A stretch of 39,239 nt of DNA. It comes from an uncultured Bacteroidota bacterium. Lineage in GTDB: Bacteria > Bacteroidota > Bacteroidia > Chitinophagales > Saprospiraceae. This document shows positions 20,045-28,930 of the stretch, piece after piece. The stretch lies in the NCBI GenBank assembly GCA_937952445.1, contig CALGAA010000390.1, forward strand, positions 1 to 39,239, given 5' to 3'. The translations under genes and the position numbers were made by a program. Below the pieces are notes generated by a model. That model did not search any database. It was given only the letters and a program-made list of their open reading frames with translations, and was not told where the DNA came from. Positions within the stretch are counted from its first letter, which is position 1, and every line of letters begins with the position of its first letter.

Positions 20045-21121
20045 TCACATAACGTATAGGTAATCGTAGTGAATCAGTGGTTTTTGATGGGGCTGTCCCA
20101 ATCGGTCTTTGGCGGTGACCGAATCATACCCCGCTTGGCCCAGGGCGATCAGCCGACCCTTTTCATCTACGATCTGCACAACTTCACCTTTACTGAAATC
20201 TCCGGCAATAGAAACAACTCCCACCGGCAGTAAGCTGGTTGCCTGGTCCGATTTCAATGCTTCAATAGCCCCTTTATTGATGACGACACGTGCCACAGAG
20301 AAATGGTGCGAATGGGCGATCCATTTTTTACGGCCATCGATGTTTTGAGCGGGGATAAAATGCGAGTGGGGTTCATTCCCTTCCAGTACATTTCTGATGA
20401 TATCGGGCTTGAATCCGTTCGCGATATGTACCGCAATGCCCAATCTGGCAGTCTTAATAGCCAGATTGACTTTGGTTCTCATTCCACCCCTTCCAAAGCT
20501 CGATTTTTGTTCGGTGACGATGCTGGGTGGAATCGGTTCACCCGGGTAAAATTTCTCTACCAAGTGGGAGCTGGAGTCGCTTGGATTGCCATTAAACACC
20601 CCATCAACGTTGGTCAGAATGATCAGTGCGTCGGCCTCGACCATGGCGGAAACGAGACCGGCCAATTCGTCATTATCTGTAAACATGAGTTCCGTGACTG
20701 AAACTACATCATTTTCATTGATGATAGGTAAGATGCCTTGCGAAGTCAAATGCCGGAGGCATTGCCGCATATTGAGATAATGCCGGCGACTCCGGAAATC
20801 ATCCCGGGTGACCAGGACTTGTGAACACATTATATTTTCTTCCTCGAAATATCTTTGATATTCCCTGATCATGCGGACCTGACCAAGTGATGCCCACACC
20901 TGACGTCGGGCGATTTCATCTCTGACATCGATCATCTTTCCGGTGCTGCGTCCAAAGGATACTGCGCCTGAAGATACCAAAAGAATTTCCCGACCCTCAT
21001 GGACCAAACCCGCAATCTGATGTACCAGACTTCTCATCTGATGCAGGTCAGGAGTGCCGTCAGACTGACTGAGGACGTTGGAACCAATCTTGATGACAAT
21101 CTTTCGATACTGATGGATCAT
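20045..21121 (-). CDS. proB: Glutamate 5-kinase with PUA domain
   Basis: VIKIGSNVL, VSSGAV, PIINEND, DNDELA, GRGGMRTK and SLLPVGV motifs. Confidence 0.96.
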   Translation of the reverse strand: MIHQYRKIVIKIGSNVLSQSDGTPDLHQMRSLVHQIAGLVHEGREILLVSSGAVSFGRSTGKMIDVRDEIARRQVWASLGQVRMIREYQRYFEEENIMCSQVLVTRDDFRSRRHYLNMRQCLRHLTSQGILPIINENDVVSVTELMFTDNDELAGLVSAMVEADALIILTNVDGVFNGNPSDSSSHLVEKFYPGEPIPPSIVTEQKSSFGRGGMRTKVNLAIKTARLGIAVHIANGFKPDIIRNVLEGNEPHSHFIPAQNIDGRKKWIAHSHHFSVARVVINKGAIEALKSDQATSLLPVGVVSIAGDFSKGEVVQIVDEKGRLIALGQAGYDSVTAKDRLGQPHQKPLIHYDYLYVM

Positions 21122-21129
21122 AGCGGGGA

Positions 21130-21250
21130 CAAATTTAAAGAAAAGTTCGATTCAGCGGGCTATTGTTTTGCCCGGGAAGATGATTAACAAAACCAGTTTG
21201 TACAAAAAAAGACTGATAAGTTAATGTTTCATATGAAATTGATACCTTTG
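21130..21250. promoter_or_regulatory. Divergent proB/glyA promoters
   Basis: TAAATTTG on the minus strand (21130-21137) and TACCTTTG on the plus strand (21243-21250). Confidence 0.6.
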
Positions 21251-21271
21251 CGAACTTAAATTGATAATAGA

Positions 21272-22546
21272 ATGAAAGATACGACAATTGCCAATTTGAT
21301 CGATCAGGAGCTTCAACGACAACGCAGCGGACTCGAACTTATCGCTTCAGAGAATTTTTGCAGCCAGGAGGTTTTGGACGCTATGGGAACCTGTCTGACG
21401 AATAAATACGCTGAAGGTTATCCCGGGAAAAGGTATTACGGGGGGTGTGAAGTGGTCGACCAGGTCGAACAGCTGGCAATTGATCGATTGAAAGAGCTAT
21501 TTGGTGCCGGGTATGCAAATGTCCAACCCCATTCCGGATCACAAGCCAATGCTGCAGTTTACCTTGCTGTACTGGAACCCGGAGCTACGATTTTGGGATT
21601 TGATTTATCCCATGGTGGTCATCTGACCCACGGTTCACCTGTGAGTTTTTCCGGAAAGCACTTCAATGCAAAGCACTACGGTGTCAACAAAGAGACAGGC
21701 CGCATCGATATGGATGAAGTACGTGACCAGGCGTTGAAGACAAAACCTGCTTTGATTATATGCGGTGCTTCGGCCTATTCGAGGGATTGGGATTATGCTG
21801 CGTTCCGGGCGATTGCCGATGAAGTGGGAGCTTTGCTCATGGCGGATATTGCACATCCGGCAGGATTGATCGCAGCCAAAAAACTGAATGATCCTATGCC
21901 GCATTGCCATATTGTAACCAGTACAACGCATAAAACCCTGCGAGGCCCAAGAGGCGGAATCATTATGATGGGCAAGGATTTTGATAATCCCTGGGGACGT
22001 AAAACCCGGAAAGGAAGTCCGATCCAAATGTCCTCCATTCTCAATAGTGGAGTATTCCCGGGAATGCAGGGGGGACCCCTCGAACACGTCATCGCTGCTA
22101 AGGCCGTTTCATTCCTGGAAGCACAACAAAGTGAATTTGTGGATTATGCCGAACGTGTAATTGTCAATGCACGTGCGATGGCAGCCGCTTTTGTGGATAA
22201 AGGGTACCATGTGATCTCCGGAGGAACGGACAATCACATGATGTTGATCGACCTTCGATCCAAAAATCTGACAGGAAAAAGGGCCGAAAATGCGCTCGTC
22301 AAAGCGGATATTACGGTGAATAAAAATATGGTTCCATTCGATACCGAATCGCCATTTGTCACCTCTGGCATTCGGGTGGGTGCCGCTGCGGTTACGACTC
22401 GCGGTTTGAATAAGGATCAATGCGTTCAGGTCGTGGACTGGATCGATCAAATTCTCCGGGAGCCGGATAACGACGAATTGATCGCAGGAATCAAATCTGA
22501 AATTAATTCATTTATGAATCAATTTCCATTGTATCCGGATCGGTAA
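21272..22546 (+). CDS. glyA: Serine hydroxymethyltransferase
   Basis: [29 protein letters not shown] and [12 protein letters not shown] (PLP lysine). Confidence 0.98.
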   Translation: MKDTTIANLIDQELQRQRSGLELIASENFCSQEVLDAMGTCLTNKYAEGYPGKRYYGGCEVVDQVEQLAIDRLKELFGAGYANVQPHSGSQANAAVYLAVLEPGATILGFDLSHGGHLTHGSPVSFSGKHFNAKHYGVNKETGRIDMDEVRDQALKTKPALIICGASAYSRDWDYAAFRAIADEVGALLMADIAHPAGLIAAKKLNDPMPHCHIVTSTTHKTLRGPRGGIIMMGKDFDNPWGRKTRKGSPIQMSSILNSGVFPGMQGGPLEHVIAAKAVSFLEAQQSEFVDYAERVIVNARAMAAAFVDKGYHVISGGTDNHMMLIDLRSKNLTGKRAENALVKADITVNKNMVPFDTESPFVTSGIRVGAAAVTTRGLNKDQCVQVVDWIDQILREPDNDELIAGIKSEINSFMNQFPLYPDR

Positions 22547-22560
22547 GTTAAACCAGCAGC

Positions 22561-23298
22561 TTAAAAGTACGGGTATTGAATTTCCGCTAAATACAGTCCG
22601 TGGGCCGGCACCGACCACGCTCCTTTGATGTGCTCACCCGCCGCAACGGCTTCATCCAAATCTTCCAGGGTCAGTTTTCCTTCGGCATACCGAAGGCACG
22701 CGCCGGTAATGAGCCGGACCATTCCTCTTAGGAACCGATCCGAACTAATGTGCAATTCAAAACCATCTGAGGTAGATATCCATTCACATTGGGTCAGTTT
22801 GCATCGGTGATTTTTTACATCAGAATGCAATTTGGCGAACGGACTAAATTCCTTTAACCGGATCAGTCTCTGACTAAATTCATTGAGTTGTCCCACCGTA
22901 AATTGTGCGGCACGTTGAAAGTAAAAAGAATGCCCGTCAAGGAAAGGATTTTTTATGGTGTGAATCCGGTAGACGTAAGATCGCTGGATTGCGTCAAACC
23001 GGGCGTGAGCATCATCGTGTACACGATGGATTTCTTTGATGGCAATATCCGCAGGCAGGAAATTATTTAGCCGGAAGAGAAATCGTTCTCCCATTACTTC
23101 CGGAACTTCCGTATGTGCGTAATAATCTAATGCGTGTACGCCGGCGTCGGTTCTACCACATCCGACAATTTCGATCGGTGATTGGAGCATGTTGCTCATC
23201 CGGTCTTCGATCACCTCTTGCACGCTTAGCGCGTTGGGTTGTTTCTGCCAACCTGCATAGGCGGTGCCGTCGTACATCAGTCTTATAAAATACCTCAT
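22561..23298 (-). CDS. truA: tRNA pseudouridine(38-40) synthase
   Basis: YDGTAYAGWQ, GCGRTDAGVHA, HARFDA, RFLRGMVR and PAHGLYL motifs; TAATTTTG at 23303-23310. Confidence 0.96.
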   Translation of the reverse strand: MRYFIRLMYDGTAYAGWQKQPNALSVQEVIEDRMSNMLQSPIEIVGCGRTDAGVHALDYYAHTEVPEVMGERFLFRLNNFLPADIAIKEIHRVHDDAHARFDAIQRSYVYRIHTIKNPFLDGHSFYFQRAAQFTVGQLNEFSQRLIRLKEFSPFAKLHSDVKNHRCKLTQCEWISTSDGFELHISSDRFLRGMVRLITGACLRYAEGKLTLEDLDEAVAAGEHIKGAWSVPAHGLYLAEIQYPYF

Positions 23299-23369
23299 AA
23301 TTCAAAATTATAAATTATCTCATATTTGCAGATAAATCCAGTCAGCAGGGTTGACAAAGGAAGGGAGTA

Positions 23370-23535
23370 TAATGCACCAGTTACTTATATTCGTGACACA
23401 TCTGACGGATTCTTTTTCATCCTGGCTTCATCATCTAAAGCCTTATGTAGCTATGGGCATACGCGGTTTAGCTTCTTCGATAGGACAAAAAATAACCTCG
23501 TCATACCTATCACGAACTTAAGGTACGGCCCACTA
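23370..23535 (-). repeat. Self-complementary intergenic repeat, copy A (166 bp; MITE-like / Flavo-1-like RNA)
   Basis: Its reverse complement aligns with 34102-34271 (TTAAGTTCGTGAT...TATGACGAG, TATCGAAGAAG, AGATGATGAAGCCAGG). It has imperfect terminal inverted repeats starting with TA. Confidence 0.8.
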
Positions 23536-23595
23536 ATCTGAAAATGGAAAAATTACGTCATTGGAATCTCTGTTGATAGTGTATCCACACGTATT

Positions 23596-25692
23596 TTAAT
23601 GGAAGAATTTCTGCTCAGTTATAACCGAATATCCACTTTGTGATGGTGTTTTAATTGTCAAATCAAAATCCCAAACATCATTACCATTATTTTTTAGATA
23701 AATCCGAATGGGATGGAAGCCTTCAGCTAGTTGAATGGTTCCGGTTACACTTTCACCATCTGCGTAAAAATCCGCATCTACCACCAGAGCATCATGGACG
23801 CGCAGAAGTCCTTGAATATTTCCACTCCATTGGAATGAATAGCTGCCGTCTTCCGGGGCCTGAAAATACCCATGGAACACCACCAGATTGCCGTCGACGT
23901 CAAAGGGAGGTTCCACAATATCGGTGCTCCCGGTCCCGACAGGCTCCAGCTGATCGACATTCGGGATCCAGGGACTCTCATTTTGGTACCAATCCACACG
24001 TAACCCCCGGTTTAATCGATTTTCGACCTTGAGAACTGGAGGAATTAACTCCAGATCATAGGGCCTTACAGCGGAGGTGTCGGGCATCCTCATTTGCAAT
24101 ACCCGGGCTTTTAATTGTTGTTGAAGGTCTTCATATTCGCTGGTGCCGGAGGATAGATTTCTACTCTGCTGGGGATCGGAACCAATATCGTAAATTTCAA
24201 AATCATCTTCCGGAGACTGAATATCATAGCGCACGCCGACCAGGTTATCTATCCTGATCATTTGCATTTGACCTCTTTTTCGATGAGTATGATTGGGGAG
24301 GAAATGTTCGTAAGAGGGCGTTCGGCCGTTTTGGAAATATTCGATATAGACCGGTCTTTGATCGGTAAATTCCCTGCCTTCCAGGATCGGAAGCATAGAT
24401 TCGCTATCCGTGCGGGCCGGCACTTCGAGTCCTGCTACCTCAGCAAAAGTGGCCAGCCAGTCAGACATCATCACAGGACTGGAATTGATCAATCCCTGTT
24501 CCACTCGATTGGGCCAGGAAACGATAGCTGGAACCCGGATTCCACCTTCCCACAAATCGCGTTTAATTCCATCAAACGGACCATAGCTCCGGAAAAACTC
24601 CGGTGTAAAAACAGCATATTCCTCTGGCAGATAGGATTCCTGCGATGGACCGTTGTCCGATGTGAAAATAACCATCGTGTTGTCCGCTATATTCAGATCC
24701 TGAAGTAATTGTCGGATATCCCCGACGGCATCATCGATTCGTCGATTGACCGTGGCGAACCGTTTGTATGTGTCCGGCCAGGGAACTTCCGCTGTGGAAG
24801 CGTCCTGGTCGTGGTCCCATGTAGCCGATGCATAATCCGGGTGCACCCAGGAATCCACCTCGCCGGATGCAGTATTGATCATTCGCCCGGGTTCGCCGAG
24901 CCATTGGAGACCTCCTTCGACTCCACCCCCGGCAGGGTATTCCTGGGTAGGAAGTTCGATCACAGCATGGGGTGTATCGAAGGCCAGGAACATGAAAAAC
25001 GGCTGATCTTTCCGGGATTTTCGATGATCCCGGATCCATTTCTTGGCAAAAGCAGTCCATAAATCACCTGTAAAACATTTGGTTAATCCTGCAGCTACGT
25101 TGTCGTGATTGTGATAGACTTCTTTTGGACCCCGGTAAATACCTTCGACCGGGTAGTGCTCGTGTCCATCCCGGTGCCTCATATATCCGTAAAACTCATC
25201 AAATCCCCGATTGAGTGGATGCCCCGGCCAATCACCGCCATCCGATTCCCACATAGGATCTCCCTGCAGACCCCATTTTCCCACCGCAACGGTATGGTAG
25301 CCTGCTTCTTTTACGACATTGGCTACGGTGTAATTGTCTTCGAGGGCTTTGTCAAATTGATTATCGCGAACATTGGCGTGACCCTGATGCATTCCCAAAA
25401 GAAAAGAGGCACGGGATGGTGCGCAGACAGGTGCATTGGCGTAGTGGTCTGTGAGCATGATTCCCTGGGAAGCCATTTCGTCCAGGTGGGGAGTGAATTG
25501 GAATGGTTGTGTCTGATCCCCGGTTTCCCTTCGTTGGTTTTGATAGAATGTTCCCAGATCGCCCCATCCCAAATCATCGGTGAGGATAAATAAAATATTC
25601 GGGGGGCGGTCATTTTTGTCCTGTTCTGTCGGAGCTATACTAGTGCAGGATAGGCATGCTAGTAGGGCCAGAAAAGCAAATGAATTTTTCAT
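23596..25692 (-). CDS. Cys-type (formylglycine) sulfatase, family S1, lipoprotein, with C-terminal PA14-like domain
   Basis: Lipobox CLSC; PNILFILTDDLG, CAPSR, GKWGL, FTSDNG and KRDLWEGGIRVP; C-terminal GYFQAPEDGSYSF...GFHPIRI. Confidence 0.9.
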   Translation of the reverse strand: MKNSFAFLALLACLSCTSIAPTEQDKNDRPPNILFILTDDLGWGDLGTFYQNQRRETGDQTQPFQFTPHLDEMASQGIMLTDHYANAPVCAPSRASFLLGMHQGHANVRDNQFDKALEDNYTVANVVKEAGYHTVAVGKWGLQGDPMWESDGGDWPGHPLNRGFDEFYGYMRHRDGHEHYPVEGIYRGPKEVYHNHDNVAAGLTKCFTGDLWTAFAKKWIRDHRKSRKDQPFFMFLAFDTPHAVIELPTQEYPAGGGVEGGLQWLGEPGRMINTASGEVDSWVHPDYASATWDHDQDASTAEVPWPDTYKRFATVNRRIDDAVGDIRQLLQDLNIADNTMVIFTSDNGPSQESYLPEEYAVFTPEFFRSYGPFDGIKRDLWEGGIRVPAIVSWPNRVEQGLINSSPVMMSDWLATFAEVAGLEVPARTDSESMLPILEGREFTDQRPVYIEYFQNGRTPSYEHFLPNHTHRKRGQMQMIRIDNLVGVRYDIQSPEDDFEIYDIGSDPQQSRNLSSGTSEYEDLQQQLKARVLQMRMPDTSAVRPYDLELIPPVLKVENRLNRGLRVDWYQNESPWIPNVDQLEPVGTGSTDIVEPPFDVDGNLVVFHGYFQAPEDGSYSFQWSGNIQGLLRVHDALVVDADFYADGESVTGTIQLAEGFHPIRIYLKNNGNDVWDFDLTIKTPSQSGYSVITEQKFFH

Positions 25693-25995
25693 ACAATATA
25701 GGCTTTAAGGTATTTTAATACGAATGGGGTATAAAATACGTATTATATACTATTTCACCCAACATGCCAACATCCAACCCTTTTCCCGTTTTGACCAGGT
25801 CAGATCAAAAACTGCTGTCGGTGTCCAACAGGAAAGACTGCAAAATTATTCCATTTTAAACTGCTGTTGCGAAGTAGTATGTACCTGAAGTAAAGGTATT
25901 GCCAATACCTCCGATTAACTTTAGACTACAAGAAGCTAAATTGTAGGTTATCTTATTAAATGCCAGCGGATTGTGTGACGGCGAGTAAGCTCAGT

Positions 25996-27507
25996 CTAAT
26001 TTAGATTTACCTCCACCACCTCAGTCGGTTCTCCCAAATTCTTAACCCGATCCATCGACCGAACCACGTACCGATATTTTTTCCCTGGTTCACATTTCGT
26101 ATCAAAAAAGAACTGGTCTTGTGAATATCGGATGCCGATAATATGGGATCCGTCATCGAGATTGATCGGTTCATCTTCCTCAAATCGATAAACCACGAAG
26201 CCATAAATATCCTTATGTAAATCTGGATTTTGCGGCCAACGCCATCTCAGTCGCACGAATCGGTCGATTACCGTAGAATATAAGCCTTCAGCAGCGGAGG
26301 GTGATGTTCCATCCAGCCATTTCATCGGTGGTGGAATCGCCGGGTGCTTATACAGATCAAGACGCAATGAATCAGCAAATCCGGCTCTATTGTCCAGCAA
26401 TGACCTGGAGCTAAAATACACGCTGCCGTGGATGTTTTCCTTTTGACGAAGCGCCCGGACCTGACGGGGAAGCTGGCTCCAATCTTCCCACCCGTTTTTT
26501 CCTTCCAATGCCCGGTAGGGTGCCTGACCGACCAAAACCTGCTTCCCAAAGCTGTTGTCATCCCACCATTCCAACAATTTCTCGAAGGCAGCTGGTGGGT
26601 AGTAAAAGGGAAAATATATCTGTGGGTTCACATAATCCATCCAGCCTTCTTCCAACCATTTGTACACATTCGCGTACAAACCGTCATATGAAGTGAATCC
26701 GTTGGTTTCAGATCCACGGGGATCTTCTTTTTGATTGCGCCAAATGGCAAAGGGGCTAATGCCAAACTTGACGTGGGGTTTGACCTGGTGGATTTCTTCA
26801 TGAAGTTGACGAATCAACTGATCTACATTGTCCCGGCGCCAGTCTTCGATATTGTCAAATCGGTCGCGCCCATATTTGAGGTAGGTGGTAGAGTCGGGGA
26901 GAGGCTCGTCCCCCGGGTAGGGATAAAAATAATCGTCGAAATGAATTCCATCCACATCATATCGGCGCACAACATCCAAAATGACCTCCACGATGTAGTC
27001 CCGGACTTCGGGAATGCCGGGATTGAAATAGGTTTTGGACCCATAGGTGAAAAACCATTCGGGCCTGGTATAGGATATGTGATCCCGAGATCGTTTGCGA
27101 GGGTCCAAATCCTGAGAAGCTCTGTATGGATTAAACCAGGCGTGCAATTCCATCGACCGGGCATGAGCTGTCTCAATGGCAAATGCCAGCGGATCCCAGG
27201 CCGGATCTGGTGCCAGCCCCTGCTGTCCACTCAGGTAGTAACTCCAGGGTTCTTTACCACCAGAAAAAAAGGCATCTGCCGTTGGTCGTACCTGAAACAT
27301 GACAGCGTTTAAATTCCACCGTTCGTGTTGATCAAAAATCCACAGAAGTTCTCTTTTTTGTTCTTCAGTACTCAATCCGGGCTTTGAAGGCCAATCAATA
27401 TTGGCGACGGTGGCTACCCAAACTCCTCTAAATTCATGTAAAGGGGATTGCTGCGCGGTCATCACGCTGCATAAGAACGAAAAGAATAGAATGGCTTTGA
27501 TTTTCAT
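25996..27507 (-). CDS. Glycoside hydrolase-like GHL10 / YddW family with C-terminal FN3-like domain
   Basis: EFRGVWVATVANIDWPS, FQVRP, HAWFNPYR, DGIHFDDYFYPYP, WRRDNV and PQIY. ATG 27507 gives a clean signal peptide. Confidence 0.9.
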   Translation of the reverse strand: MKIKAILFFSFLCSVMTAQQSPLHEFRGVWVATVANIDWPSKPGLSTEEQKRELLWIFDQHERWNLNAVMFQVRPTADAFFSGGKEPWSYYLSGQQGLAPDPAWDPLAFAIETAHARSMELHAWFNPYRASQDLDPRKRSRDHISYTRPEWFFTYGSKTYFNPGIPEVRDYIVEVILDVVRRYDVDGIHFDDYFYPYPGDEPLPDSTTYLKYGRDRFDNIEDWRRDNVDQLIRQLHEEIHQVKPHVKFGISPFAIWRNQKEDPRGSETNGFTSYDGLYANVYKWLEEGWMDYVNPQIYFPFYYPPAAFEKLLEWWDDNSFGKQVLVGQAPYRALEGKNGWEDWSQLPRQVRALRQKENIHGSVYFSSRSLLDNRAGFADSLRLDLYKHPAIPPPMKWLDGTSPSAAEGLYSTVIDRFVRLRWRWPQNPDLHKDIYGFVVYRFEEDEPINLDDGSHIIGIRYSQDQFFFDTKCEPGKKYRYVVRSMDRVKNLGEPTEVVEVNLN

Positions 27508-27797
27508 GGGCGTAAAATATTGATTACATAGGATCAAACATAGGATAATAAATTCATATGTGATATTATCCCGGATAATTCATTGTGCGCCGTGCATGAA
27601 GTTCGTGCTACATAAAACGAGAAAATCAAGAAATGAAAATACCCAAATTTTTGTGTTACCGTACTTGTGATTATCCTGAAACCCGAACTATTCCCCACAT
27701 ACAGGCTGAAAACAATGAATCACCCCCGCGATTTCGCCAGGAAAATGCAGAAAAGGTTCCATGAATGAAAGCCCAATAACTTCCTTTGAGGAGAAGT

Positions 27798-28298
27798 TTA
27801 TCCCATTCCGTTCATCATAGCCACGTAATAATTTGCACTATGGATGGCAGCCATTAACAGAATATGTTTTGCCGGATTATCCTCAAACCGATCGGACGTC
27901 TCAATTTTATATTCAAAATTCATTTTTTTCCACTTCAGGATAGGCTGAATGAAAATCAACTCCTCCTCTTCCTGATCCAAAAGAACATATGTACTTTTGA
28001 AGATTCCCTTCGGTCGGATGACAAAGTCTTTGGCTGAATTCTCCCCCGGATTGATCTCAAAAACGATTTCACCATTCCAGTTCAATTGGAATTTCATGAG
28101 CACTTTATCCCCGTCTTTCAATATAATGGAGGTGTTCCACAGTCCGTGGGTTTCCAATTGATAGGAAGATCCGTTGCAGAAGTCAATATTCGCGTCGAAC
28201 TCGTACCACCTATTGTACGAAAGTTTACCTATTGGTTCATTCAATTTTGAAATTTCGAAGGTGAAATAATTTGATGAAATAGCGTGATACTCAGCCAT
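27798..28298 (-). CDS. Hypothetical protein (beta-rich with terminal helix)
   Basis: 166-aa ORF starting 5 nt downstream of the DinB gene. Repeated beta-hairpin units (GLWNTSIIL, GIFKSTYVL) and a hydrophobic C-terminal helix, loosely tubby-C/LURP-like. Confidence 0.65.
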   Translation of the reverse strand: MAEYHAISSNYFTFEISKLNEPIGKLSYNRWYEFDANIDFCNGSSYQLETHGLWNTSIILKDGDKVLMKFQLNWNGEIVFEINPGENSAKDFVIRPKGIFKSTYVLLDQEEEELIFIQPILKWKKMNFEYKIETSDRFEDNPAKHILLMAAIHSANYYVAMMNGMG

Positions 28299-28303
28299 AT
28301 GCC

Positions 28304-28861
28304 TTATTTGCTTTGTTTCAGTTGGTTGAGAATATCTTTTGCCTGCTCAAAATGTCTTCTTTCATGGGTGACGATAATATCAAAAGCTTTATCGAGCCGA
28401 TAGACGATATTTCTGTTGGTGGGAGAGGAAATCACTGTTTCTTTTTCCAATAACTCTGTGGATTGGTCGATCTCTGATTTAAGTTTTTCCTGGTGGTTTT
28501 CAAATGCTTTCAGGATCTGGCCATCAAGGGTATGGACCGTAGGTTCCCATTGAGGCACCGTTTTGACTTTTCGCTTTTGATCGGGTTGGACGGATTTCAA
28601 AATCGCATTTCCAAAAAACCTCGGTATAAAATCAAACCGGGCCCAAAAAGGTTTTTCGTATTTGCCTTCTCTCAATTGCGCGAAAACCTGAAAATAACTT
28701 TCATTGATCACGATCAGATGGTCGATATTTTGAGCTATACTCCACGTGCCCGGGTTCGGTTTCCAGTTTAATTCGGAAGGCGTGAGGGGTTCAAATATCC
28801 GGTTGAAATCGTCCGTAATCTCATCGATTTGATCCTTCCAATGACTCGTTTTTATTCCCAT
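28304..28861 (-). CDS. DinB/YfiT-like four-helix metal-binding protein
   Basis: LNWKP..GTWSIAQNIDHL and HERRH histidine triad. Confidence 0.88.
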   Translation of the reverse strand: MGIKTSHWKDQIDEITDDFNRIFEPLTPSELNWKPNPGTWSIAQNIDHLIVINESYFQVFAQLREGKYEKPFWARFDFIPRFFGNAILKSVQPDQKRKVKTVPQWEPTVHTLDGQILKAFENHQEKLKSEIDQSTELLEKETVISSPTNRNIVYRLDKAFDIIVTHERRHFEQAKDILNQLKQSK

Positions 28862-28930
28862 AATACTATAATAACGTCCCAGACATTAAAATTAATCATT
28901 TGATATGGGAATAAAATATCTTGCTGAGTA

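Noticed and set aside
23351-23373. TTGACA...TATAAT sigma70-like promoter
   Set aside because: The spacer is only 11 nt, and the Bacteroidota primary sigma uses -33/-7 elements.
23326-23541. 71-aa ORF
   Set aside because: It almost entirely overlaps repeat copy A and has no protein motif.
27597-27755. Possible fourth repeat copy (AAGTTCGTGCTACATAAAACGAG)
   Set aside because: Only ~23 nt resemble the element; the core hairpin and spacing are not preserved.
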